Shown piece after piece: positions 9,282 through 18,312 of a stretch of DNA of 64,000 bases. The notes beneath the pieces are model-generated. The model did not search any database. It was not told the origin of the DNA and saw only the letters and a list, made by a program, of their open reading frames with translations. The stretch's first letter is position 1, and each line of letters begins with the position of its first letter. Made by a program: the position numbers and the translations under genes. Where the stretch lies: NCBI GenBank assembly GCA_965220385.1, contig OZ244825.1:777142-841141 (forward strand), in the 5' to 3' direction. The stretch is from Candidatus Poribacteria bacterium. GTDB taxonomy: Bacteria > Poribacteria > WGA-4E > PCPOR2b.

Positions 9282-10160
9282 ATGCACATTATGCGGTCTT
9301 GGATGTTTGTACCGGGACATCAGCAAAGGATGATTGATAAAGCCTACGAACTAAAACTGGATGTAGCGATGTTCGATCTGGAGGACGGGGTGCCGCCCGG
9401 CGAAAAGAATACCGCCCGCGCCATGATGGCGGAAACCCTTGCCCGTCCGTCTGATAGAATGCTCCGTTTTGTGCGTATCCACCCCATCGGAAGCAAGGAG
9501 ATAGAGTCGGATCTATCTGCCGTAATTCGTCCCGGTCTGGACGGACTCACGTTGACGAAGGTGAATTGCCCCGATGGTGTGTCCCAAGTCAGCGCGATTC
9601 TGGATGAGCGAGAGGAGATAGCTGGACTCCAACCGGGGAGTGTTCGTTTGCTCGCCACGATTGAGAGTGCTCGCGGGTTGATTCAGGCACCCGCGATCGC
9701 AGCATCCAGCCCCAGACTTGTCGGGCTGATGTTCGGTGCCGAAGATTTCGCGATGGATCTGGGGCTGTTCAACGTCCGCCAAGGCGAAGCGGGAGATTTC
9801 CTGTACGCCCGCTCTGCACTCGTCGTCGCTGCCGCCAGCGAACGGTTACAAGCGATAGATCGGGTCTATCTCGACATTCGGAATCCCGACGGATTGGAAA
9901 AAGACACACGGTTTGCCCGTGACCTCGGGTTCACCGGCAAAGCCTTAATTCACCCCGCCCAGATTGAGGTCGTAGAAAAAGTTTTCCATCCAACCGATGC
10001 GGAGGTTGAGTATGCTCGACGTGTGGTGGAAGCCTTTGAGGCGGCGGAAGCGGAAGGCGCCGGTGCGGTTGCTGTCGACGGTCAGATGGTCGATCTGCCT
10101 GTGGTGGAGCGTGCCCGGCGTGCCCTGCAGCTTGTATCTGAAAATCCCTCGGATAAATGA
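9282..10160 (+). CDS. HpcH/HpaI aldolase / citrate lyase beta-subunit (CitE)-like (citryl/malyl-CoA lyase family)
   Basis: N-terminus MRSWMFVPGH...LDVAMFDLEDGV is diagnostic of the CitE/HpcH fold. Confidence 0.7.
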   Translation: MHIMRSWMFVPGHQQRMIDKAYELKLDVAMFDLEDGVPPGEKNTARAMMAETLARPSDRMLRFVRIHPIGSKEIESDLSAVIRPGLDGLTLTKVNCPDGVSQVSAILDEREEIAGLQPGSVRLLATIESARGLIQAPAIAASSPRLVGLMFGAEDFAMDLGLFNVRQGEAGDFLYARSALVVAAASERLQAIDRVYLDIRNPDGLEKDTRFARDLGFTGKALIHPAQIEVVEKVFHPTDAEVEYARRVVEAFEAAEAEGAGAVAVDGQMVDLPVVERARRALQLVSENPSDK

Positions 10161-10166
10161 TTGTCA

Positions 10167-10560
10167 AAACGTAATACGTAAAGAAGATGTAACGCAAGGG
10201 GGCAAGGCCGCAAAGGAAAAAAGAGAGCGAAAAGAGAGAAGGCGGGAAAACGAGAAAACGAGAACGGAGGCATTTAGCCCCGGCGGGGCGGCATGTTTGT
10301 AGAATGTGGTATCACCCCACTAACAAAAGCCCCAGCGGGGCGACATGTGATACCGTAAAACGTAATACGTAAAGAAGATGTAACGCAAGGACGCAAAGAA
10401 AAAAAGAGAGCGAAAAGAGAGAAGGCGGGAAAACGAGAAAACGGGAACGGAAGCATTTAGCCCCAGCGGGGTGACATGTTTATAGAATGTGGTATCACCC
10501 CACTAACAAAAGCCCCGGCGGGGCGACATGTGTGTTTTCGCTCCAGCAGGACGATATGTC
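10167..10560. repeat. Two tandem copies (about 200 bp period) of a composite intergenic repeat: purine-rich tract plus MITE-like palindromic unit TTTAGCCCCGGCGGGGCGGCATGTTTGTAGAATGTGGTATCACCCCACTAACAAAAGCCCCAGCGGGGCGACATGTG
   Basis: 10167-10366 and 10367-10560 are nearly identical. The inner unit recurs at 36870-36905, 37048-37130 and 50068-50150. Confidence 0.85.
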
Positions 10561-10622
10561 CAATCTCGTACAGGTAGCGCCGGTATCTCCACTGTCGAAA
10601 CAAAAATAAAGGAGGAATACTC

Positions 10623-12047
10623 ATGAAGATCCCAAGAGACGATAAGGTTCGTATGCTTAGATTTGCCGTACAGTTTTTGCCAGCGATGATACCTCTTTTT
10701 TTCTCCTTGTATTTCTGGAAAAAGGGGTGGACTGAGCCTGTCATAACCTTTATGTTGCTAAGTATTGGACTGATATTATTAGGGGGCTTTCTGATTCTAG
10801 TCAAGAGGATCATAGGCAACGATAGGTATTTTGTGGTTATAGGTGGCGCTCTGCTTATTCTGATAGGGTTGTATTGCTGGATAGGCAGCGGTAATATCTA
10901 TACGAGCATATTTGCTGTATTGGTCGGTATGGCTGTAATATTAGGGGAGATGTTAAAAGAAAAGCGGTGGCAGATTAGTATCACTGTTGCATTAGTGCTC
11001 GCTGTAGGCACTATCATCTATCTGGAAGAAACCAGTGAAGATAAAGGACATGCTGTCGACAGCGAGGGGGGCGTACAGCAGGAGGTCGTGGATAAAGCAT
11101 CGGCACCCAGCGATGTTCCAAGCGGTGAACCCGCAGTTTCGGCTACATCCGAACAGTCGATGACTGATATGATGAATCGGTTCTTAACTCCTGAGCAACG
11201 TGAAAATCCAACATTCCAGAAAGTAATGAAGGTTATGGAGTCCGATTCATTTCAGAAGCAGATGCAGGAACAAGATCTGCGGACACCGCAAGAATTTATT
11301 GACCTCATGGCAGCACATGGATTAACGGAGTTTGCAGAGATAGATTATGATAAAATCATGGCTGATGCCTATGCCCTTTCCGCACAACAATACGCTACCG
11401 CAAACCCCGGTAAAGACCCCGCGGACGACGATGAGGTAATGGCAAAACGAATCGGAGAAAGCCTGAAGACCGCCGATCCTGTATATGGCATAATGGAAAT
11501 TATGCAGGATCGCGAGATTGCTCTGTGGATGAGTGCCCGTTTCAAAGGGGACCAAGCTGCGATGAGTGAGTGGTTGATGCCGGTGATGAAAGGCGCCGTA
11601 TCGGCTGACTCTGCAAATTCGTCGTCCGCACCAATGGATTTTGAATTCCCCGACGGGTTTTTGTCCGATAGCCCTCCTGACGAACCCACAGAGCAGCTCC
11701 CTTTCGTAGAATCGGAACCCTTACTATCTGACCCCAGCCCGACATCAACGCGGAAAGAGCCTTCCATCCCCGACACCGAAAAGAGTTCCGCAGCAGCACC
11801 AACGGTTGAACCGGAAAAGATTCTCACTGAACTGTCTCCAGAACCGCCTGCACTCCCTACGGACGAGGAACTTGAAACGGCGTTAAGGGAACGATTTTCG
11901 CCTGAGCGTTTCGAGCGGGCAATGACAACGTTGGAGCGGTATGGACCGGAAGAGGGACTTCGCCGCCTTCGAGAGGCTGATCCGGAAATCGCCAAGCAGA
12001 TGGAACGGCGCCGCAGTAGAGAAGGTGGAGAGCAGGATTCCCGATGA
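10623..12047 (+). CDS. Polytopic membrane protein with a long acidic disordered C-terminal region ending in a conserved EEGLRRLREADPE motif
   Basis: N-terminal hydrophobic helices; the C-terminal RYGPEEGLRRLREADPEIAKQ matches the C-terminus of the 13418 protein (YGTEEGLRRLRVSDPDAARQ). Confidence 0.5.
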   Translation: MKIPRDDKVRMLRFAVQFLPAMIPLFFSLYFWKKGWTEPVITFMLLSIGLILLGGFLILVKRIIGNDRYFVVIGGALLILIGLYCWIGSGNIYTSIFAVLVGMAVILGEMLKEKRWQISITVALVLAVGTIIYLEETSEDKGHAVDSEGGVQQEVVDKASAPSDVPSGEPAVSATSEQSMTDMMNRFLTPEQRENPTFQKVMKVMESDSFQKQMQEQDLRTPQEFIDLMAAHGLTEFAEIDYDKIMADAYALSAQQYATANPGKDPADDDEVMAKRIGESLKTADPVYGIMEIMQDREIALWMSARFKGDQAAMSEWLMPVMKGAVSADSANSSSAPMDFEFPDGFLSDSPPDEPTEQLPFVESEPLLSDPSPTSTRKEPSIPDTEKSSAAAPTVEPEKILTELSPEPPALPTDEELETALRERFSPERFERAMTTLERYGPEEGLRRLREADPEIAKQMERRRSREGGEQDSR

Positions 12048-12068
12048 AAGGGAGAAGGAGATTCAGTT

Positions 12069-12446
12069 ATGCCATTTGGAGAAAAGGTGCGCGAGTATAT
12101 CCTCAGGAACGTCGGGAAGTTGGGGATCGGTTGTGGGATAGGGATGATTTTGATGGGAGCGTATATTCTGATAATAGCGAGCAATGCAGGCAGGGGGTCT
12201 ATCTTTCATCCGGGCGCGGGCTATGTCCTACTGGGTATAAGTTTCATCACCATGAATCTCTTAGAGTGGAAGCCGTTGCTGATGCTTACCTGCACTGTGG
12301 TTGCGCTTGGACTCGCGCTGTTGCTACTCGTATTCAAGCCCGGAGATGAAACCGCTGAGCGCGCGGCGGTTGTGCAGCAGGAGGCTGTGGAAGCAGCGTC
12401 AAAGCCCAATGGAGTGCTAGATGACGCGGCGTCTCTTACGCGGTAG
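12069..12446 (+). CDS. Small integral membrane protein (3 predicted TM helices)
   Basis: An AAGGAG Shine-Dalgarno precedes the ATG; hydrophobic segments; stop lies in the conserved ...TR-TAG-GG context that precedes U element 1. Confidence 0.4.
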   Translation: MPFGEKVREYILRNVGKLGIGCGIGMILMGAYILIIASNAGRGSIFHPGAGYVLLGISFITMNLLEWKPLLMLTCTVVALGLALLLLVFKPGDETAERAAVVQQEAVEAASKPNGVLDDAASLTR

Positions 12447-12454
12447 GGAGAGCA

Positions 12455-12620
12455 TCTTCAATCAATACAGCTAGCGGTATCATACTCTTGTTTACGGGCA
12501 TAATATCGCTTTTTTGTGCTCACAAAACGCCACCCTTCGATTGCCTATGATGTGAGTCGGTTAAAACGATTCAAAACCTCCGCATCTTTTTCGTGGAATA
12601 TGGTAAATCAATAAGGGACT
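12455..12620 (+). promoter_or_regulatory. U element copy 1: hairpin/T-run terminator followed by a conserved about 100 bp module ending in an extended -10-like TGGTAAAT (degenerate copy)
   Basis: Aligns to the copies at 14436, 18122 and 20062: AGCGGTATCATAC...ATGATACCGCTTTTTTTGTGCTCAC...CAAAACCTCCCCATCTTTTTATCGGAATATGGTATAATCACGCA. Confidence 0.6.
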
Positions 12621-12667
12621 ATGTGTGCTTCGTACGGTTTTTTAGGGAACAGCGCCGTGTGCGATAA

Positions 12668-12820
12668 TGTTAGTAAAAGTTACTAACATTAGTAACATTT
12701 GCTAGCAATAGTTACTAATAACCGAGTTATTTCCTTCAACGACTTTTTAGACATTTCGCGCTTGAAGCCTGATGCCCACTGGGTTTGTGCGATTTTCGTT
12801 TCTTTTGGCATGTTAATTGC
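12668..12820 (+). promoter_or_regulatory. Sigma-54 promoter unit 1: UAS of TTAGTAA/TTACTAA palindromes (12668-12720) plus -24/-12 element TGGCATGTTAATTGCT (12805-12820)
   Basis: GG and GC spaced exactly as in the TGGCAC-N5-TTGC consensus. UAS palindromes sit about 100 bp upstream, the classic enhancer-binding-protein geometry. The unit is repeated at 16371-16523 and 18313-18451. Confidence 0.7.
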
Positions 12821-12995
12821 TTCTTATGGGTCTGTGGTTGAACACTTCAACCGTAACGCGTAGCGGAAAAGCATAGATTTTCAATGATTAGCTTATTCTC
12901 AAAGTGGGTGTGCTAAGACATTTTGTGAAGTTGAAAATCTTTCCTTTCTGGCCAGAATGCTAAACGCATTCTTAACAATTCAAAGGAAAAAGCAC

Positions 12996-13322
12996 ATGAA
13001 AAACTTAGGGGTTCTCTTCTGCGCCATTTCACTCGTCATGATGATCGGCCTAATGGTCGTATTTTTTACGGAACCCGCTGAAGCAGGAGCAGACGAGAAG
13101 ATAAGGGTAAAAAATGTTGTAAAATATTACGATGACTTTGACAATTACTGCCCTAACCTTTCATACACTAGAATCACCCTTGAACCAGTTGTATACAATG
13201 GATATGGTCACTACTATAACTACCATATAATGGGTAACTCGGGACACACTAGTCACAGTTATCAGATCGTGTCATGGGTCACCATTCATACAACTTTTAC
13301 CGTTGCTAGTTGTAATACTTAA
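12996..13322 (+). CDS. Small secreted/membrane-anchored protein (N-terminal signal/TM; Tyr/His/Asn-rich C-terminal half, 2 Cys)
   Basis: MKNLGVLFCAISLVMMIGLMVVFF signal-like N-terminus; first gene downstream of sigma-54 promoter 1. Confidence 0.45.
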   Translation: MKNLGVLFCAISLVMMIGLMVVFFTEPAEAGADEKIRVKNVVKYYDDFDNYCPNLSYTRITLEPVVYNGYGHYYNYHIMGNSGHTSHSYQIVSWVTIHTTFTVASCNT

Positions 13323-13417
13323 GCATCGTTAGAAAACTAGGCAGCCCAGCCTCTACTCGTGTCTCCGTAGGGGCTGGCAAAAAAACAGTTAAGCGATTCA
13401 GAAGGGACGGTATTTTG

Positions 13418-14422
13418 ATGCGAAAGGTTGTTCTATTGATCTCCGTGATAGTTATTCTAACAGCAGGCTGGATTTTCTACCTAAACCGGGAAAAAAAGAA
13501 CTTTATAGAGAATCTACCGCAATCCCCTGCGGTTGTTAACCAACCTATTAACAGTTCCTCTTCATCAGTAAATGAAAAGGAGGATTCTAGCTACTTTGTT
13601 GAAGTGGATGGGAAGAAATTCATTCCTGATGGCCGCCTGCATAAGACACTTCCACAGGAGCAGACCGCCTCCGCAGAAAAAACGTCTTCAGAAACGCCCA
13701 CTCCAGACGAGAAAGCAGATTTTGTGCGCGACCAATGGATTCAAATGTTTGGAGACATTCCACAGGTTCATGCCGCATCTGAGTACATGAGAAAAATATA
13801 CAAACGGGAACGTATGACAATTGATGAAGAGATTGCTGGCTTAGAAGCCTCACACTACCTATTTCCAGAGGGTGGGCATGGACTAATGTTGGCAATACGA
13901 AAGACTCAGAAAGCACAGGGGCTCGACGAGGACGACTTTGAGATCGTGTATGAGGAGGATTGGGAGAATGTAAGGCCTCCGCCGGGTTATAAGGAATATC
14001 ATTTTGGGAATGTACCTGAGCATCTCCGGTCCGATACCCCTGCACCTGATAGGATTTTTTCAGAAAGCATTGATGGAGATATAGACTTTCCTCCTGCTCG
14101 TTCTGAGGGGACTCCTGTAATGCCGGAACCTAAGACCTCAGTCACGTCTGACCATGTTCACCATGGAGATAGGCATGTACACGAACCGCCCACCCTCCAA
14201 CCGCCTGCACCGACAACTGCTAAAGGTGTTGAAGCGAACGGCTGGGAGGGGTTATCGTCTAAACAACGGGAGCAGGCGAAAGCGTTCTTTGACGAATATG
14301 GCACAGAGGAAGGGCTGCGGCGGTTGAGGGTGTCTGATCCTGACGCTGCGCGTCAATTTGGGCAGGAACGGCAGAAACCGCCTATCCCTTCCGAACCAAA
14401 TGATGAATCTTCTACGCAGTAG
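13418..14422 (+). CDS. Single-pass membrane-anchored protein with a disordered Pro/Glu-rich region and C-terminal EEGLRRLR...DP motif (paralogous at the C-terminus to the 10623 protein)
   Basis: N-terminal TM VVLLISVIVILTAGWIFYL; C-terminal FFDEYGTEEGLRRLRVSDPDAARQF. Confidence 0.5.
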   Translation: MRKVVLLISVIVILTAGWIFYLNREKKNFIENLPQSPAVVNQPINSSSSSVNEKEDSSYFVEVDGKKFIPDGRLHKTLPQEQTASAEKTSSETPTPDEKADFVRDQWIQMFGDIPQVHAASEYMRKIYKRERMTIDEEIAGLEASHYLFPEGGHGLMLAIRKTQKAQGLDEDDFEIVYEEDWENVRPPPGYKEYHFGNVPEHLRSDTPAPDRIFSESIDGDIDFPPARSEGTPVMPEPKTSVTSDHVHHGDRHVHEPPTLQPPAPTTAKGVEANGWEGLSSKQREQAKAFFDEYGTEEGLRRLRVSDPDAARQFGQERQKPPIPSEPNDESSTQ

Positions 14423-14435
14423 GGGCGGGCTTAAA

Positions 14436-14585
14436 TCCATACAACAGCGGTATCATACCCTGGTTCACGGGCATGATACCGCTTTTTTTGTGCTCACAGC
14501 GTGGTGTTAGGTAGCCGAAACGCCTCAAAACCTCCCCACCTTTTCATAGGAATATGGTATAATCACGCAGGTTATTATTTGAGAG
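14436..14585 (+). promoter_or_regulatory. U element copy 2 (terminator hairpin AGCGGTATCATACCC...GGCATGATACCGCTTTTTTT plus conserved module with TGGTATAAT)
   Basis: Best-conserved copy; perfect 11 bp stem followed by T7. Confidence 0.65.
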
Positions 14586-14881
14586 ATGTGCATAATGATT
14601 GCCCCGATGCTCCCCGATGCAGAGATCTGGACAGGAGTTACGGCATACGGCGTATGCCTACTACTATGGGCGGTGCACTGGGGTACGGGTTGAGCAAGAT
14701 ACTCAACCTACGGGTGTGGTATATTGTTGGGTTTCACTGTATCTATCTATAAGGGGTTGTCGAAAGGCGAAACCGCTATTGTGTTTGATATAGATTCGCT
14801 TTCAACCATTCAACCCAATCTACGTGACCGATAAATAGATTCAAACCGTTAAAACAGTATCATGATCTTGAGTTCCTGTGC

Positions 14882-15853
14882 CTACGAAATTCCCAACTTT
14901 TCCATCTTATAGCGGAAAGTGGAGTAAGGGATGCCGAGATTTTTTGCGGCTTGAGTGCGATTCCAATGGGTTTCTTCAAGTGCCTGTGTGATCTGATCGT
15001 GCTCGCTCTCGACTGCCGATTCGTCAGGTTGTGACGGCAGTTCTTCCAATGCCTCTCCTTGAATATCAAGATGCTCGATTCCTATCAACGAGATCTTGGG
15101 TGGACAGAGAACAGCGGTGCGCTCAACGATATTTCGCAGTTCACGGATGTTGCCGGGGTATTGATAATCCAGAAGGGACGATTTAGCCCCGTCTGAAAAG
15201 CCGTCGAAGCTGCGCCCTCTTCTGGCGGTGTATGCCGCTAGGAAATGGTCCACCAACGGCAGGATATCTTCTGTTCTTTCCCTAAGCGGTGTGAGGTGGA
15301 TAGGAAAGAGGTTGAGCCGATGGAATAGATCACTGCGGAACTGTCCAGATTTGACAAGTTGTGGCGGATCTCTGTTGAATGCACTGATAATATGTGCTTG
15401 AAAGGAGATCTCCTCGGTGCCGCCAAGCCGTCTCAGCGTCCGGGTGTCGAGAACCCGCAGCAACTTAGCTTGTATGTCGAGTGGGAGGTCAGCAATTTCA
15501 TCCAGCAGAAGCGTGCCGCTATCTGCTATCTCAAAGTAGCCGGGTTTATCCGTCGTTGCATCGGTGTATGCCCCTTTGACGTGGCCAAAGAGTTCGCTTT
15601 CGACCAACGACTCTGGCAATGCCGAACAGTTGACAGCGACAAACGGCTGCTCTTCCGAAGACCCTTGAAAATGAATTGCCCGTGCGACCACCTCTTTTCC
15701 TGTGCCCGTTTCGCCGGTGAGGAGAATCGTATCAACCTTTGCTGCGACCGCCTGCCGGATGCGTTCTCGTACCTCTTGCGTAGCTGAACTATCTCCCACA
15801 AGGAATCGGTTTTGTATCCGCGGATTGTGATAGCTCGTAGATCGATTATCCAT
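14882..15853 (-). CDS. Sigma-54-dependent transcriptional activator (bacterial enhancer-binding protein) with no N-terminal regulatory domain (PspF-like architecture: AAA+ domain plus C-terminal HTH)
   Basis: GETGTGKE Walker A, ESELFGHVKGAYTDA (GAFTGA-type sigma-54 contact loop), RELRN (sensor II) and C-terminal HTH NLGIPYSTFRYKMEKLGI. The AAA+ domain starts about 40 residues from the N-terminus, so no receiver/GAF/PAS domain. Start chosen at MDNRST after an AGAGGG Shine-Dalgarno. Confidence 0.8.
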   Translation of the reverse strand: MDNRSTSYHNPRIQNRFLVGDSSATQEVRERIRQAVAAKVDTILLTGETGTGKEVVARAIHFQGSSEEQPFVAVNCSALPESLVESELFGHVKGAYTDATTDKPGYFEIADSGTLLLDEIADLPLDIQAKLLRVLDTRTLRRLGGTEEISFQAHIISAFNRDPPQLVKSGQFRSDLFHRLNLFPIHLTPLRERTEDILPLVDHFLAAYTARRGRSFDGFSDGAKSSLLDYQYPGNIRELRNIVERTAVLCPPKISLIGIEHLDIQGEALEELPSQPDESAVESEHDQITQALEETHWNRTQAAKNLGIPYSTFRYKMEKLGIS

Positions 15854-15961
15854 TTGTCCCTCTCTTCTCGATAAACGCGGCTTGACTGTTTTATCCTCAA
15901 AAGAGTTGATGTATCGCATGGTCAGCTACTTTCGAGGTTCTCCACTGTTCCCATTTCCTTT

Positions 15962-16224
15962 CTATACTTAGTAAAGGATACAGGAGGACACAGACAGGGG
16001 GCAAATTTGTTTTCTTTAGTTTGAAACAAATAGTTTCAAGTTAAAAAAAATAAATTGATTCGTCTTAAAAAATAGTTCAAGCAGCTGCCGAATTTTTGTC
16101 AAGCATGGGCGAGGTGACCTCGCCCCTACAGTTGGCTGCGTAAGTTCTATACTCAAAAGGATACAAGAGGACGCAGACAGGATGCAAATTTAAAATCTTT
16201 AGAGTTAAACCAACAGTTTAACTC
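15962..16224. promoter_or_regulatory. Two copies (about 185 bp apart) of an about 80 bp element in the divergent promoter region of the bEBP gene, each carrying a perfect palindrome (TTGAAAC-N5-GTTTCAA; GAGTTAAAC-N5-GTTTAACTC)
   Basis: 15962-16040 and 16147-16224 align (CTATACT.A..AAGGATACA.GAGGAC.CAGACAGG..GCAAATTT...). A GGCGAGGTGACCTCGCC hairpin at 16108-16125 lies between them. Confidence 0.6.
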
Positions 16225-16370
16225 CTCCAAAAATAACTCGAATGGGGTGTGGGACACCCTGTGTTGAACGCTCGCTGAGGTCGACAAGGCGGTAGGATCC
16301 CATAAAATTTATCACAGGGAGTTCGCAGCGATGAAGGTCTTTGACTCCCTCTTGGGACTTATGCAGAAAA

Positions 16371-16523
16371 GTTAGCAATAGTTGCTAACATTAGCAATAG
16401 TTGCTAAGCAACAGTTGCTAATAATTGGGTTAACCGCTTCGGCGACTTTTTGCATATTTCGCCTTGAAAGCCTGATGTCCGCTGGGTTTGTGCGATTTTC
16501 GTTGCTTTTGGCATGATAATTGC
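16371..16523 (+). promoter_or_regulatory. Sigma-54 promoter unit 2: UAS TTAGCAATAGTTGCTAACATTAGCAATAGTTGCTAAGCAACAGTTGCTAA (16371-16430) plus -24/-12 TGGCATGATAATTGC (16509-16523)
   Basis: Consensus spacing exact; three TTAGCAA-N3-TTGCTAA palindromes about 90-140 bp upstream. Confidence 0.75.
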
Positions 16524-16656
16524 CCCTTATGAGTTTGTGGTTGAACCTTTCAACCATGATAAAGGATTTTCGATAGGTAGCGATTTGAATTATGAGTACA
16601 CAAGCATTGTATTGTGCAAATCGTAACACCACACACTTAATGAGAGGAGAGATACG

Positions 16657-17421
16657 ATGAAAACCATATTTGACGTGCTTCGTCACCCGCTGGTTATCGG
16701 TGCACTCGTATTGAGCATCCTCATTGTGGTAGGTGTGTATTTCGGAAGCCATTGGTACTATGGTGATGTTGAACCAGTTGAAATGCCGGAGGTTTCTGCA
16801 CCTGCTCCGCCCCTGCCTAAAAATCTTTCCGTCTCTGAAGTTGATTTGAGTGGTCTGGATGGGGAATCATCCCCACCGCAAACGGAATCAGAGCCTACAG
16901 TTTCGTCTGTGGAAGGCGAGTCGGTCGATGATTTCTTGGCAGAGCTATCGGATGAGGAGATGGCTCTGTTGACAGCTGAGGTGGTGGAACCTCAACGGGT
17001 TTCTCCCTTTGGCTTTGGTCCATATCCCCAAGTACCTTCAGATTTTCCCGAAGATCCCATTTGGGAAGAAGATATGGAAGCAAATATCTCACAATTTGGC
17101 AGCGAAGCGATGAAGGAAGCAGAATTGATGGATCGGGTTTTAATTCAACTCTGGAATCAGGGACATCGTGCTACTTCTGCGTCAAAGCACAGTAACGGGC
17201 TCGTCTATCCATCATTTCCCAACACGGTCTTTGTCCGATGGGACTACATAGAGGAAGAAGATGGGACAATTACTAAATATGCAAGGAGAATATCTAGTGG
17301 TGCGGAGGTATCAGATAGTGACCTTAATGATTTAGGGGAAGGGATTATTCCGCCCGGCATAAAGGTGCTTGACTATGATTCAGATGGAATAAATCCCTAC
17401 ACTTTTTTGAATCTTAACTAA
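16657..17421 (+). CDS. Single-pass membrane-anchored protein, family A (N-terminal TM, Pro/Ser/Glu-rich linker, conserved about 140 aa C-terminal domain ending PYTFLNLN)
   Basis: 77% paralog of the 18587 protein; GAGGAGAG Shine-Dalgarno; no recognisable domain. Confidence 0.6.
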   Translation: MKTIFDVLRHPLVIGALVLSILIVVGVYFGSHWYYGDVEPVEMPEVSAPAPPLPKNLSVSEVDLSGLDGESSPPQTESEPTVSSVEGESVDDFLAELSDEEMALLTAEVVEPQRVSPFGFGPYPQVPSDFPEDPIWEEDMEANISQFGSEAMKEAELMDRVLIQLWNQGHRATSASKHSNGLVYPSFPNTVFVRWDYIEEEDGTITKYARRISSGAEVSDSDLNDLGEGIIPPGIKVLDYDSDGINPYTFLNLN

Positions 17422-17435
17422 TAAGGAGAAATAAG

Positions 17436-17804
17436 ATGCGTAAACATTTTTTGGGTGTCTTGATAATCTGCTTTTTGTCTGTTTTTTCCGTGCTTTCTTT
17501 TGCAAAAAAATCCGGGCCGCTAACAGCTGAAGCTTCTATATACAAAAAACGAACACAGACAGTAGCCAAGGCGAAGGTTCAGGCGACAGTTGCAGCAAGG
17601 CATGGGGCGTGGGCAATATCCGCTGTCTCAGGGAATAACTCTGATGGCGATGCTGGACACTATCGATACGGACTATCTACCCAAGTTGTACACCCAAAAG
17701 ATTACACCTCACGCGCGTCAAATGCGAGGGCTAGCGCGTGGATTTCTGGACACGATCGGCATGGCAAGGCTTGGTTTGTACAAGATTCAAAACCTGACAA
17801 CTAG
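17436..17804 (+). CDS. Small secreted protein, family B (Sec signal peptide; mature about 95 aa with ...ASAWISGHDRHG... motif)
   Basis: MRKHFLGVLIICFLSVFSVLSFA signal peptide; TAAGGAG Shine-Dalgarno; homologous to the 19369 protein (shared NSDxD...TS.A.A.(A/S)WI(S/T)G(H/Y)(D/N)RH). Confidence 0.55.
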   Translation: MRKHFLGVLIICFLSVFSVLSFAKKSGPLTAEASIYKKRTQTVAKAKVQATVAARHGAWAISAVSGNNSDGDAGHYRYGLSTQVVHPKDYTSRASNARASAWISGHDRHGKAWFVQDSKPDN

Positions 17805-18121
17805 TATTTGGTGTTCGCAGACGTTTAACAGACCGGGGGTGTACCTTCAGATTTGAGGATATGCCCTCTTTTTTATGCTCCGTTTGCTCTAAACTTAATC
17901 AGCAGTTTTCCGAGGATACCAGCAATATCACGCGATAGCAGCATACCAGATTCTATAGCGCAATCTTCCGGACTGATTGAGCTAGGATTACTGCGCTACA
18001 GTCCGGGTATTTTCAGTTCACTAGAGACTCTAGCATAACGTGCTGGGTATTTGCGATTGGCGATCTGAAGGGGAACGACGCGAGTCGCTTGTTCATTCCG
18101 GTACGCAGTAGGGTAAACGTC

Positions 18122-18265
18122 TTCAATTAACACAACTAGCGGTATCATATCTTTTTTAGGGTTATGATACCGCTCTTTTGTGCTCACGGCGTGGCGTGAG
18201 TCAGCTAAAGCACCTCAAAACCTCCCCATCTTTTTATCGGAATACGGTATAATTACCAGGCTGCT
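18122..18265 (+). promoter_or_regulatory. U element copy 3
   Basis: AGCGGTATCATATC...GTTATGATACCGCTCTTTTGTGCTCACGGCGTGGCGTGAGTCAGCTAAAGCACCTCAAAACCTCCCCATCTTTTTATCGGAATACGGTATAAT. Confidence 0.65.
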
Positions 18266-18312
18266 ACTCGTGCTTCATGCGGCTTTCCAGAAACATCGGT
18301 GTGTGCAGAAAA

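Noticed and set aside
10082-10456. Two minus-strand ORFs (63 aa and 60 aa, MPPFSFSRFPAFSLFALFF... / MLPFPFSRFPAFSLFALFF...)
   Set aside because: They lie entirely within the 200 bp tandem repeat and are simply the reverse translation of the purine-rich tract, duplicated because the DNA is duplicated. They have no ribosome-binding site and low-complexity composition.
10167-10560. Possible CRISPR array
   Set aside because: There are only two long (about 200 bp) tandem units with no short unique spacers and no cas genes; it is a tandemly duplicated composite repeat.
11369-12184. 271 aa minus-strand ORF antisense to the 10623 gene
   Set aside because: Ser/Gly/Arg-rich low-complexity translation of the opposite strand of an acidic coding region. 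The plus-strand ORF has TM helices and a C-terminal motif conserved with a paralog.
14596-14694. 32 aa ORF (MIAPMLPDAEIWTGVTAYGVCLLLWAVHWGTG) immediately downstream of U element 2
   Set aside because: No conservation at the equivalent position after other U copies and no ribosome-binding site; possibly a leader peptide, but evidence is insufficient.
16372-16752. 126 aa minus-strand ORF across sigma-54 promoter unit 2
   Set aside because: It covers the conserved UAS/-24/-12/leader region that is repeated three times; its translation is dominated by the palindromic repeats. The regulatory interpretation is far better supported.
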